Positions 29,010 through 38,852 of a DNA stretch of 64,000 bases are shown piece by piece. How positions within the stretch are numbered: the first letter of the stretch is position 1; each line of letters opens with the position of its first letter. A program made the position numbers and the translations under genes. Under the pieces are notes generated by a model that saw only the letters and a program-made list of their open reading frames with translations, ran no database searches and was not told the DNA's origin. The stretch comes from Spirochaetia bacterium. GTDB lineage: Bacteria; Spirochaetota; Spirochaetia; SZUA-6; Bin103. Location of the stretch: the NCBI GenBank assembly GCA_965203515.1, contig OZ241907.1, forward strand, positions 4,000,001-4,064,000, given 5' to 3'.

Positions 29010-30002
29010 ATGGCCATCCATCAGCCCCACGACCATCTGTTCAAGCGCGTGTTCGGCGTCCCGGCGGACGCCGCCTCATTCCTGCAAGCCCGGCTGCCCG
29101 CGCGGCTCAGCCGCGCCCTGCGCTGGCCCACGCTCAAGCGACGCCCCGACTCCTCCGTCACTCCCGACCTCCGCGGCGCCGCTTCCGACCTGCTGTTCGA
29201 GATCGGTTACGCCGCACCCGGCGCCGCGCACGCCCCGCTCTGGCTCTACCTGCTGTTCGAGCACCAGTCCACCCCGGACCACTGGCTGCGCCTGCGCCTG
29301 CTCCACTACTGCTGCCGCATCTGGGATCTCGACCGCCAGGACCACAAGGATGCCGGCTACCTGCGCCCGATCCTGCCGCTGGTCTTCTATCAGGGTCCCA
29401 CCGGCTGGCGGCACTCCCCGCAGTTCGCCGACCTGTTTCCCGCCGCGACGCGGGACTGGCCATGGCTGCCCCGGTTCGAGCACCTGCTGTTCGATCAGAC
29501 TCAGATGTCGCCGGCGCAGGCGGCCGGCAGCGTCCGGGCGCGGTTGCTGCAACTGACGATGATGCACGCCTTCAACCGCGCGGTGCGGGAGGCGCGGGCG
29601 CGGATGCGGCCGCTGCTGGACGACTTGGGGCGGGAAGGGAGCGGCGGTCAGGACGACATGGAGATGTTTATGGGGTATATCATGGAGACGGGACCTGAGG
29701 ACACGCCCGAGGCGATGGGCGAGCTACTGAGCCGCACGGCGGCGGGAGGCGAGTTGATGACGAGCGGCGAGCGGCTGCGTCAGGAAGGGCGCGACGAGAT
29801 GCGTGCGATTGCCGAACAGCGGCACCGCGAGGGCCGGCTCGAAGGCCAGCGCGAGGGCCAGTTGAAGACGATCGACGGTCTCCTGCGGACCGGCGTCGAC
29901 TGGTCGTTGATCGAGCGGGCGACCGGGATCGGCGAGCAGGAGTACCGCCAGCTCAGGAGCCAACCCGACGGCGCGGCGGCGGCAGGCGGCGACCGGACCT
30001 GA
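29010..30002 (+). CDS. Rpn-family recombination-promoting nuclease / putative transposase (YhgA-like, PD-(D/E)XK)
   Basis: HQPHDHLFKRVF, SDLLF, LYLLFEHQSTPD, ILPLVFYQG, MTSGERLRQEG, EGRLEG. Confidence 0.9.
   Translation: MAIHQPHDHLFKRVFGVPADAASFLQARLPARLSRALRWPTLKRRPDSSVTPDLRGAASDLLFEIGYAAPGAAHAPLWLYLLFEHQSTPDHWLRLRLLHYCCRIWDLDRQDHKDAGYLRPILPLVFYQGPTGWRHSPQFADLFPAATRDWPWLPRFEHLLFDQTQMSPAQAAGSVRARLLQLTMMHAFNRAVREARARMRPLLDDLGREGSGGQDDMEMFMGYIMETGPEDTPEAMGELLSRTAAGGELMTSGERLRQEGRDEMRAIAEQRHREGRLEGQREGQLKTIDGLLRTGVDWSLIERATGIGEQEYRQLRSQPDGAAAAGGDRT
29757..30002 (+). CDS. Putative internal small protein RpnS (antitoxin)
   Basis: GGAGG 7 nt before the in-frame ATG 29757 (MTSGERLRQEG) inside the Rpn 3' end. 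Confidence 0.6.
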   Translation: MTSGERLRQEGRDEMRAIAEQRHREGRLEGQREGQLKTIDGLLRTGVDWSLIERATGIGEQEYRQLRSQPDGAAAAGGDRT

Positions 30003-30007
30003 CGACA

Positions 30008-30393
30008 CCTTCCGTGGCGAAGGCCAGCTCTGGAGCGCGGAGTTCCCGGTCGGACCGACCGCGCAACGCTATCGGGAGGCGCTCGCCGCGATCCGCTCCG
30101 GCGCCTGGGGAGCGCCGGTCGCGCGCGCGGCGGAGGACCTGCGGGAGCGGTTCTTCCTGCATGTGATCCCGGCGGCCGCGGAGGACCTTGTCGCGCAGGA
30201 CCGGCCGCACGGCTTCGAGAACGTCGGCTTCGACTTTCGGGAATACGGGGCGCTGCTCGGCGCGGCGTGCGTGGCGCTGGCGCCGTTGCCGGAGTACGCG
30301 ATCGCCGGCGTCCGTACCGGTCAGTTCATCAGCGGGCAGGGCCAGTTCTGGAGCGCGGAGATTGCGGCGCCGGCCGCGGCGCAGGGGCCGTAA
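30008..30393 (+). pseudogene. Orphan fragment of the shared C-terminal domain
   Basis: GEGQLWSAEFPVGPTAQRY...RFFLHV...RTGQFISGQG...AAAQGP* with no parent gene. Confidence 0.7.
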
Positions 30394-30400
30394 GGAGTAA

Positions 30401-30500
30401 GGCCGGCGGATGAACGGATGATAGCGGCGCGCCGTTCGGCTATCATGGCCGGACCGTGACCGCGCCGCACCGAGACGCGCCCGTGACGCGCAGGAAGCTG
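30401..30500 (+). repeat. Cassette-junction repeat with ATGATAGCCG-N9-CGGCTATCAT palindrome (first of 9 copies)
   Basis: Palindromes begin at 30418, 33108, 35024, 41434, 43243, 46176, 48157 (degenerate), 50627 and 55393. Confidence 0.9.
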
Positions 30501-32030
30501 CCGATCGGCATCCAGACCTTCCGCGAGATCCGCGAGGACGACTGCTATTACGTCGACAAGACCGCCTTCATCCTCCGCTTGACGCGGGAGGGAAAGCACT
30601 ACTTCCTGTCGCGCCCGCGGCGCTTCGGCAAGAGCCTGCTGCTCGATACCATCAAGGAACTGTTCGAGGGCAGCGAGGAACTGTTCCGCGGCCTGCACGT
30701 GCACGACCACTGGGAGTGGTCCAGGCGCCGCCCGGTGGTGCGCCTCGACTTCGGCGCCGGCGACTACCGCGAGCCGGCCCTGCTGGAAGCCAGCGTCATG
30801 GAGCAGCTCGCCGCCATCGAGCGGCGCGCCGGAATCGCCGCCGAGTACCGCACGGCGCCGGGTCGGCTGGCGTACCTGCTGGAAGCGTTGCACGACCGAT
30901 CCGGGCAACGGGTGGCGTTCCTGGTCGACGAGTACGACAAGCCGATCCTGGACGTGCTGGAACACAAGGAGACGGCGCGCGCCAACCGCAGCTACCTGCG
31001 CGGGCTGTACGCGACCATCAAGACCTGCGACGCGCACGTCGAGTTCACGCTGCTGACCGGGGTAAGCAAGTTCTCCAAGGTCAGTGTCTTCTCCGGCCTC
31101 AACAACCTGATCGACATCACCCTGGAACCGGAGTTCTCGGCGATCTGCGGCTACACCGAGGCCGACCTGGACACGGTGTTCGCGGCGGAGCTGCCGGGCC
31201 TGGACCGGGATGAGATCCGCGACTGGTACAACGGCTATAACTGGCTGGGCGAGGAGCGGGTCTACAACCCGTTCGACATCCTGCTGCTGTTCCGCCGGCG
31301 CACGTTCGCGGCGCACTGGTTCGAGACCGGCACGCCGGCGTTTCTGATCGACACGCTGATCGAACGCGGCGTCACCGCGCCGGAGCTGGACGGGATGCTG
31401 GCCGGCGGCGAGCTGCTGTCCGCGTTCGACGTGGACGAGATGGAGCCGGAGGCGCTGCTGTTCCAGACCGGCTACCTGACCATCCACAGCGCCGAGCACT
31501 CGGCGCGCGGACCGCGCTACCGGCTCGGCTATCCCAACCGCGAGGTGCGGCTCGCTCTGAACGAACGCCTGCTGCGGGCGCTGGCGCCCGCCGCGGCTCG
31601 CCGGCTGGCGCAGGACACGGCGTTGGAGCGGCTGCTGGCGGCGAACGACTTCGCCGGGTTGGAGCGGCTGTTCCGGGCGTTCTTCGCCGGCATCCCGTAT
31701 GAGTGGCACACCCGCAACGACATCGCGCGCTACGAGGGCTACTACGCGAGCGTCTGCTACTCCTGGTTCGCGGCGGTGGGACTGGACGTCACGGTGGAGG
31801 ACTCGAGCAGCCGCGGGCGAGTCGATCTGGCGGTGCGGTACCGGGGCAACGTCTATCTGTTCGAGTTCAAGGTGGTGGAGCTGGCGCCCGAAGGGGCGGC
31901 GCTGGCGCAGTTGCAGGCGCGCGGCTACGCGGAGAAGTACCGCGCCCTGGGCGAACCGATCCACCTGCTCGGCGTGGAGTTCAGCCGCGAGACGCGCACC
32001 ATCGCCGCCTTCGAGGTGGCCCGCGCCTGA
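30483..32030 (+). CDS. AAA-ATPase-like protein with C-terminal PD-(D/E)XK nuclease domain, copy 1
   Basis: LPIGIQTF, YYVDKT, Walker A SRPRRFGKS, VDEYDKP, LTGVSKF, YNPF, WFETGTP, GRVDL..YLFEFK. Confidence 0.92.
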   Translation: MTRRKLPIGIQTFREIREDDCYYVDKTAFILRLTREGKHYFLSRPRRFGKSLLLDTIKELFEGSEELFRGLHVHDHWEWSRRRPVVRLDFGAGDYREPALLEASVMEQLAAIERRAGIAAEYRTAPGRLAYLLEALHDRSGQRVAFLVDEYDKPILDVLEHKETARANRSYLRGLYATIKTCDAHVEFTLLTGVSKFSKVSVFSGLNNLIDITLEPEFSAICGYTEADLDTVFAAELPGLDRDEIRDWYNGYNWLGEERVYNPFDILLLFRRRTFAAHWFETGTPAFLIDTLIERGVTAPELDGMLAGGELLSAFDVDEMEPEALLFQTGYLTIHSAEHSARGPRYRLGYPNREVRLALNERLLRALAPAAARRLAQDTALERLLAANDFAGLERLFRAFFAGIPYEWHTRNDIARYEGYYASVCYSWFAAVGLDVTVEDSSSRGRVDLAVRYRGNVYLFEFKVVELAPEGAALAQLQARGYAEKYRALGEPIHLLGVEFSRETRTIAAFEVARA

Positions 32031-32077
32031 CGCCCCGCCCCCGCGCCGACATGGTGGCTTCCGGGACGGCGGCGTGG

Positions 32078-32700
32078 TGTTCTTCTATCAGGGTCCCACC
32101 GGCTGGCGGCACTCCCCGCAGTTCGCCGACCTGCTCCTCGCCGCGACGCGGGACTGGCCATGGCTGCCCCGGTTCGAGCACCTGCTGTTCGATCAGACTC
32201 AGATGTCGCCGGCGCAGGCGGCCGGCAGCGTCCGGGCGCGGTTGCTGCAACTGACGATGATGCACGCCTTCAACCGCGCGGTGCGGGAGGCGCGGCAGCG
32301 GATGCGGCCGCTGCTGGACGACTTGGGGCGGGAAGGGAGCGGCGGTCAGGACGACATGGAGATGTTTATGGGGTATATCATGGAGACGGGACCTGAGGAC
32401 ACGCCCGAGGCGATGGGCGAGCTACTGAGCCGCACGGCGGCGGGAGGCGAGTTGATGACGAGCGGCGAGCGGCTGCGTCAGGAAGGGCGCGACGAGATGC
32501 GTGCGATTGCCGAACAGCGGCACCGCGAGGGCCGGCTCGAAGGCCAGCGCGAGGGCCGGTTGAAGACGATCGACGGTCTCCTGCGGACCGGCGTCGACTG
32601 GTCGTTGATCGAGCGGGCGACCGGGATTGGCGAGCAGGAGTACCGCCAGCTCAGGAGCCAACCCGACGGCGCGGCGGCGGCAGGCGGCGACCGGACCTGA
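32078..32700 (+). pseudogene. 5'-truncated Rpn duplicate retaining the RpnS frame (32455-32700)
   Basis: Nearly identical to 29383-30002; lacks the N-terminal catalytic half. Confidence 0.85.
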
Positions 32701-32705
32701 CGACA

Positions 32706-33083
32706 CCTTCCGTGGCGAAGGCCAGCTCTGGAGCGCGGAGTTCCCGGTCGGACCGACCGCGCAACGCTATCGGGAGGCGCTCGCCGCGATCCGCTCCGGC
32801 GCCTGGGGGAGCGCCGGTCGCGCGCGCGGCGGAGGACCTGCGGGAGCGGTTCTTCCTGCATGTGATCCCGGCGGCCGCGGAGGACCCTGTCGCGCAGGAC
32901 CGGCCGCACGGCTTCGAGAACGTCGGCTTCGACTTTCGGGAATACGGGGCGCTGCTCGGCGCGGCGTGCGTGGCGCTGGCACCGTTGCCGGAGTACGCCT
33001 GATCGCCGGCCTCCGCACCGGCCAGTTCATCAGCGGGCAGGGCCAGTTCTGGAGCGCGGAGATCGCGGCGCAGAGGGCCGTAA
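32706..33083 (+). pseudogene. Frameshifted orphan fragment of the shared C-terminal domain
   Basis: Duplicate of 30008-30393 with small indels. Confidence 0.7.
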
Positions 33084-33172
33084 GGAGTAAGGCCGGCGGA
33101 TGAGCGGATGATAGCGGCGCGCCGTTCGGCTATCATGGCCGGGACCGTGACCGCGCCGCATCGAGACGCGCC

Positions 33173-34720
33173 ATGACTCGCAGGAAGCTGCCGATCGGCA
33201 TCCAGACCTTCCGCAAGCTCCGCGAGGACGACTGCTACTACGTCGACAAGACCGCCTTCATCCTCCGCCTGACGCGGGAGGGGAAGCATTACTTCCTGTC
33301 CCGCCCGCGCCGCTTCGGCAAGAGCCTGCTGCTCGACACCATCAAGGAACTGTTCGAGGGCAGCGAGGCACTGTTCCGCGGCCTGCACGTGCACGACCAC
33401 TGGGAGTGGTCCAAGCGCCGCCCGGTGGTGCGCCTCGACTTCAGCGGCGGCGACTACTCGGAGCCGGACGGTCTGCAAGAAGACTTGGCCGATCAGTTGA
33501 CGGCGTTCGAGACGGCCGCCGGCGCGAGTGCGCGCAGCGCCTCCGCGCCGATCCGCTTCCGGCGCCTGCTGGAGGAGTTGCACCGGAGCGCCGGCCGGCG
33601 GGTGGCGGTGCTGATCGACGAGTACGACAAGCCGATCCTGGACGCGCTAGGGACGCCGGCGATCGCAGCCGCCAACCGCAGGATGCTGCGCAGCCTCTAC
33701 TCGAACGTGAAGTTCGCCGACGCCCACATCCACTTCACGCTGCTGACCGGGGTGAGCAAGTTCTCCAAGGTCAGCGTCTTCTCCGGTCTCAACAACCTCA
33801 AGGATATCACGCTGTCGCCACGCTACTCGGCGATCTGCGGCTATACCGAGGCCGACCTCGACACGGTGTTCGCGGCGGAGCTGCCGGGCCTGGACCGGGA
33901 GGAGATCCGCGACTGGTACAACGGCTATAACTGGCTGGGCGAGGAGCGGGTCTACAACCCGTTCGACATCCTGCTGCTGTTCGACGAGCGGACGTTCGCG
34001 GCGCACTGGTTCGAGACCGGTACGCCGTCGTTTCTGATCGACATCCTGATCAAGCGCGGCGTCGCCTCGCCGGAGCTGGACGGGATGCTGGCCGGCGCCG
34101 AGCTACTGTCCGCGTTCGACGTGGAGGAGATGGAGCCGGCGGCGCTGCTGTTCCAGACCGGCTACCTGACCATCCGCAGCGTCGAGCGCTCGGCCCGGGG
34201 ACCGCGCTACCGGCTCGGCTATCCCAACCGCGAGGTGCGGCTCGCTCTGAACGAACGCCTGCTGCGGGCGCTGGCGCCCGCCGCGGCGCGCCGGCTGGCG
34301 CAGGACACGGCGTTGGAGCGGCTGCTGGCGGCGAACGACTTCGCCGGGTTGGAGCGGCTGTTGCGGGCGTTCTTCGCCGGCATCCCGTATGAGTGGCACA
34401 CGCGCAACGACATCGCGCGCTACGAGGGCTACTACGCGAGCGTCTGCTACTCCTGGTTCGCGGCCGTGGGGCTGGACGTCACGGTGGAAGATTCGAGCAG
34501 CCGCGGGCGGGTCGACCTGGCGGTCCGGTACCGGGGCAACGTCTATCTGTTCGAGTTCAAGGTGGTGGAGATGGAGCCCGAAGGCGCGGCGCTGGCGCAG
34601 TTGCAGGCGCGCGGCTACGCCGACAAGTACCGCGCTTCCGGGGAGCCGATCCACCTGATCGGCGTGGAGTTCAGCCGCGAGGCGCGCACCATCGCCGCCT
34701 TCGAGGTAGCCCGCGCCTGA
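33173..34720 (+). CDS. AAA-ATPase-like / PD-(D/E)XK protein, copy 2
   Basis: Same motifs as copy 1. Confidence 0.92.
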   Translation: MTRRKLPIGIQTFRKLREDDCYYVDKTAFILRLTREGKHYFLSRPRRFGKSLLLDTIKELFEGSEALFRGLHVHDHWEWSKRRPVVRLDFSGGDYSEPDGLQEDLADQLTAFETAAGASARSASAPIRFRRLLEELHRSAGRRVAVLIDEYDKPILDALGTPAIAAANRRMLRSLYSNVKFADAHIHFTLLTGVSKFSKVSVFSGLNNLKDITLSPRYSAICGYTEADLDTVFAAELPGLDREEIRDWYNGYNWLGEERVYNPFDILLLFDERTFAAHWFETGTPSFLIDILIKRGVASPELDGMLAGAELLSAFDVEEMEPAALLFQTGYLTIRSVERSARGPRYRLGYPNREVRLALNERLLRALAPAAARRLAQDTALERLLAANDFAGLERLLRAFFAGIPYEWHTRNDIARYEGYYASVCYSWFAAVGLDVTVEDSSSRGRVDLAVRYRGNVYLFEFKVVEMEPEGAALAQLQARGYADKYRASGEPIHLIGVEFSREARTIAAFEVARA

Positions 34721-34761
34721 CGCCCCGCTCCGGCGCCGGCGTGGTCGAAGCAGGGGACCTG

Positions 34762-34999
34762 CTTCAACAGCAAGGACATTCCCTTCCTGGCCATGTTTCA
34801 TGATCGCTCTACCTGCCCGACTACGAGTTCACGCGCATCCGTACCGGGCAATTCGTTCGGGAGGGCGCGGGCGGCTGCTCTGGAGCGTGGAGTTCGCGGC
34901 CGGACCGACTGCGCAGGCCTCCGTACCGGTCAGTTCATCAGCGGGCAGGGCCAGCTCTGAGCGCGGAGATTGCGGCGCCGGCCGCGGCAGGGGCCGTAA
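34762..34999 (+). pseudogene. Collapsed remnant of a GT-C cassette
   Basis: FNSKDIPFLAMF-coding piece fused to PDYEFTRIRTGQF and terminal shared-domain pieces. Confidence 0.7.
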
Positions 35000-35087
35000 G
35001 GAGTAAGGCCGGCGGATGAGCGGATGATGGCCGCGCGCCGTTCGGCTATCATGGCCGGACCGTGACCGCGCCGCATCGAGACGCGCC

Positions 35088-36626
35088 ATGACGCGCAGGA
35101 AGCTGCCGATCGGCATCCAGACCTTCCGCAGGCTCCGCGAGGACGACTGCTACTACGTCGACAAGACCGCCTTCATCCTGCGTCTGACGCGGGAGGGCAC
35201 GCATTACTTCCTGTCGCGCCCGCGCCGCTTCGGCAAGAGCCTGCTGATCGACACCATCAAGGAACTGTTCGAGGGCAGCGAGGAACTGTTCCGCGGTCTG
35301 TACGTGCACGACCATTGGGAGTGGTCCAAGCGCCGCCCGGTGGTGCGCCTCGACTTCGGCGCCGGCGACTACCGCGACCCGGCCCTGCTGGAAGCCAGCG
35401 TCATGGAGCAGCTCGCCGCCATCGAGCGGCGCGCCGGAATCACCGCCGAATACCGTACCGCGCCGGGCCGGCTGGCCTACCTGCTGGAAGCGCTGCACGA
35501 GCGATCCGGGCAGCGGGTGGCGTTCCTGGTCGACGAGTACGACAAGCCGATCCTGGACGTGCTGGAACACAAGGAGGCGGCGCGCGCCAACCGCCACTAC
35601 CTGCGCGGGCTGTACGCGACCATCAAGACCTGCGACGCGTACATCGAGTTCACGCTGCTGACCGGGGTGAGCAAGTTCTCCAAGGTCAGCGTCTTCTCCG
35701 GCCTCAACAACCTCAAGGACATCACGCTGTCGCCGCGCTACTCGGCGATCTGCGGCTACACCGAGGCCGACCTGGACACGGTGTTCGCGCCGGAGTTGGC
35801 CGGGCTGGACCGCAACCGTATCCGCGATTGGTACAACGGCTATAACTGGCTGGGCGAGGAGCGGGTCTACAACCCGTTCGACATTCTGCTGCTGTTCGAC
35901 GAGCGGACGTTCGCGGCGCACTGGTTCGAGACCGGGACGCCGGCGTTTCTGATCGACACGCTGATCGAACGCGGGGTCGAGGCCCCGGCGCTGGACGGCA
36001 TGCTGGCCGGCGGCGACCTGCTGTCCGCGTTCGACGTGGACGAGATGGAGCCGGCGGCGCTGCTGTTCCAGACCGGCTACCTGACGATCCGGGCCGTCGA
36101 AGATGACGACGGCGAGCCGCTCTACCGGCTCGGCTATCCCAACCGCGAGGTGCGGCAGAGCCTGAACCGCCACCTGCTGCGCGCGCTCGGCGCGGCGGGT
36201 CAGGCGGCGGACCGCGGCCGCCTGCGGCGGCTGCTGGCGGCGCGCGACTTCGCGGGGTTGGAGGCGCTGTTCCGGGCGTTCTTCGCCGGCATCCCGTACG
36301 AGTGGCACACGCGCAACGACATCGCGCGCTACGAGGGCTACTACGCGACCGTGTTCTACGCCTGGTTCGCGGCGGCGGGACTGGAGCCGGCGGCCGAAGA
36401 GTCGAGCAGCCGCGGGCGGGTCGACCTGGCGGTCCGGTACCGGGGCGCCGTCTATCTGTTCGAATTCAAGGTGATGGAGCTGGCCGAGGGCGCGGCGCTG
36501 GCGCAGTTGCAGGCGCGCGGCTACGCCGACAAGTACCGAGCTTCCGGGGAGCCGATCCACCTGATCGGCGTGGAGTTCAGCCGCGAGGCGCGCAACATCG
36601 CCGCCTTCGAGGTGGCCCGCGCCTGA
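35088..36626 (+). CDS. AAA-ATPase-like / PD-(D/E)XK protein, copy 3
   Basis: Same motifs as copy 1. Confidence 0.92.
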   Translation: MTRRKLPIGIQTFRRLREDDCYYVDKTAFILRLTREGTHYFLSRPRRFGKSLLIDTIKELFEGSEELFRGLYVHDHWEWSKRRPVVRLDFGAGDYRDPALLEASVMEQLAAIERRAGITAEYRTAPGRLAYLLEALHERSGQRVAFLVDEYDKPILDVLEHKEAARANRHYLRGLYATIKTCDAYIEFTLLTGVSKFSKVSVFSGLNNLKDITLSPRYSAICGYTEADLDTVFAPELAGLDRNRIRDWYNGYNWLGEERVYNPFDILLLFDERTFAAHWFETGTPAFLIDTLIERGVEAPALDGMLAGGDLLSAFDVDEMEPAALLFQTGYLTIRAVEDDDGEPLYRLGYPNREVRQSLNRHLLRALGAAGQAADRGRLRRLLAARDFAGLEALFRAFFAGIPYEWHTRNDIARYEGYYATVFYAWFAAAGLEPAAEESSSRGRVDLAVRYRGAVYLFEFKVMELAEGAALAQLQARGYADKYRASGEPIHLIGVEFSREARNIAAFEVARA

Positions 36627-36778
36627 CGCCCCGCCCCAGCGCCGGCGTGCCGTTCGACGGCGCCTGCGCGGCGGTCGCGCAGGCCAGCTCCGGAGCGTGG
36701 AGTTCCGGGGCCGCCGAGTAGCCCGCGGCGGCAGCCCGTTGTCCGGCGCGCAACCGCGCGCGTAGAATCGGGCAAACG

Positions 36779-38731
36779 ATGAAATCGATCTTGACGGCGT
36801 TCGGCGTGACGCGGAAGGCGGTCGACACGCCAGGCAGTTCCAACCGCCGACCGCCGTATGATCGGCCAAGCTTGGCGCTGGCGGCTGCTGCGCTGACCGT
36901 GTTCGGCGCGGCGCCGGCGTCCGCGGACGCGCCCGCCGTCCTGCGGCACGACGCCTCGGTCAGCGAGCGCAACGCGCTGATCGTCGAGGTGCGGGTGGCG
37001 CTGGCGCGCGCCGCGCGGGTGTTCGTCGAGTACGACAACCCGCAGGCCGGGCGGTACCGCACGCCGCTGAGCGAGCCGGGCGCGGCGCACGCCATCCCGC
37101 TCGTCCGGCTGCGCCCGGAGACGACCTACGACTACACCATCTTCGTGGTGGAAGGCTCCGTGGCCGACGGCGCCGCGATGGACGGAGCGAATGCGGCCGC
37201 CGGGCCGGACGGCCGGTTCACCACCGGACCGCTGCCGCTGCCCCTCGCCGCCATTCCGTTGCAGGTGCGCGGCAGGAGCTCGCAGCCGCTCATCCTGTCC
37301 GATTACCCGCGCGGGTACTACGTCTTCTGGGACGAGGTGGGTGGAATAGTCTGGTACCATGAACATGAAGGGGGGTTCGGCGGCCCCATCGCGCAGCTTC
37401 CCGACGGCAACTTGCTCTTCGTATATCACAGCATGGTCGAGATCACCCCATTGGGAGCAATGGTCAACCGGTTCGAGCGGGACGGCCCCGCGGGGCATCC
37501 CCACCATGAGCTCACCGTGCTCGCCGATGGCCGGGTGATCTACCTGACCCGGAAGTCCGTCGTCTTCGACGACTCGGCGAACGGCGGGCCGGCGGAAGCT
37601 GTGTTCGGGGTCGACAATCTGCGCGTCTATGACCGGGAGAACGGACACTTCGAGCAGGTCTGGGACTCGAAGGACGCCTGGGACCTGCTGGACCCGGCAC
37701 TGCGCGATACGAGAACGAGAGCAACGACCGCCACGTTCCAGTGGACGGGCCTCAACTCGGTGAGCGTCGGTCCGCGCGGCAACGTCATCCTGTCGTCCCG
37801 CGTGCGCAATCAGGTGGTCTCGCTCAGCGCCGACTTGCGGGCGATCGAGTGGCAACTGCACGGGCCGGACAGCGATTACCGGTTCCCGGACCCGAACGAC
37901 CGGTTCTACGGGCAGCACACGGCGGCGCAGCTCGGCAACGGCAACGTTCTGCTGTTCGACAACGGCTGGGGGCGGCCCGATTCGGAGGGCGGCGCCTACT
38001 CGCGCGCGCTGGAGCTGCGGCTGGACGAGGCGGCCGGCACTGCGGTGAAAGTGTGGGAATACCGGCCGACGCCGGACATCTACACGAGGGGCAAGGGCAG
38101 CGCGTACCGGCTGCGCAGCGGCAATACCCTGATCAGCTTCCATGACACGATCGTGGAGGTGGACGCCGCCGGCAACGAAGTGTTCCGGGGCGATAACCTG
38201 CCATTGCATGCGGATCGGCCCTTGCCGACGCGCTATCGAGCCTACGGCGGCATCGGGGCGATCATGGGCGAAACCATGCTGCGGCCGCCGGCGGCGGCGC
38301 CCGCGCACGCGCGCGTCGCGACGTTCGAGAAGGACTACTACCTGGCCAAGGAACGGGCGCGGTTCGAGGAGCTGGCGGCGGGCCTGGACGGCCGGCAGCT
38401 CGCCGCCGGCGGGGCGTTCGACGTGTATCGGGCAGGGGACCGGCTGGTATACGTGAAGGAGCCCTGCGCGCCGCGGGATGTCCGGGCGCGCTTCTTTCTG
38501 CACGTCGTTCCGATCGCCGTAGACGATCTGCCCTCCGGCAGCCGCGAGCAGGGATTCGACAATCTCGACTTTCATTTCGATGAACGGCCGCGCGGAGTGA
38601 TCTGGGACGGCGCCTGCCTGGTGGCCGCGACCCTCCCGGAGTATGAGATATCCCACGTCCGGACCGGCCAGTTCAGCGCCGGCGGGAGGCGGCTCTGGAG
38701 CGCGGAGATTGCGGTGCCGGCCGGCGAGTAG
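36779..38731 (+). CDS. Arylsulfotransferase-like protein with signal peptide and shared C-terminal domain
   Basis: ASST motifs as above; MKSILTA leader in frame with only 2 ACCGCCG units (36843-36856). Confidence 0.82.
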   Translation: MKSILTAFGVTRKAVDTPGSSNRRPPYDRPSLALAAAALTVFGAAPASADAPAVLRHDASVSERNALIVEVRVALARAARVFVEYDNPQAGRYRTPLSEPGAAHAIPLVRLRPETTYDYTIFVVEGSVADGAAMDGANAAAGPDGRFTTGPLPLPLAAIPLQVRGRSSQPLILSDYPRGYYVFWDEVGGIVWYHEHEGGFGGPIAQLPDGNLLFVYHSMVEITPLGAMVNRFERDGPAGHPHHELTVLADGRVIYLTRKSVVFDDSANGGPAEAVFGVDNLRVYDRENGHFEQVWDSKDAWDLLDPALRDTRTRATTATFQWTGLNSVSVGPRGNVILSSRVRNQVVSLSADLRAIEWQLHGPDSDYRFPDPNDRFYGQHTAAQLGNGNVLLFDNGWGRPDSEGGAYSRALELRLDEAAGTAVKVWEYRPTPDIYTRGKGSAYRLRSGNTLISFHDTIVEVDAAGNEVFRGDNLPLHADRPLPTRYRAYGGIGAIMGETMLRPPAAAPAHARVATFEKDYYLAKERARFEELAAGLDGRQLAAGGAFDVYRAGDRLVYVKEPCAPRDVRARFFLHVVPIAVDDLPSGSREQGFDNLDFHFDERPRGVIWDGACLVAATLPEYEISHVRTGQFSAGGRRLWSAEIAVPAGE

Positions 38732-38852
38732 CCGAACGAGCGGCCAGTCCCACCGGGTGACGGCAAAGTAGAGCAGTTCAAGGCAACCGCCGGTGTTCGA
38801 GGAAGAGGTTACGTGCGGCAAGGCAAGCAGCAAAATGCAGCAGCAAAAGCAA

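Noticed and set aside
29010..30002. Rpn as an IS element
   Set aside because: No terminal inverted repeats or target-site duplication seen; the family is not shown to transpose
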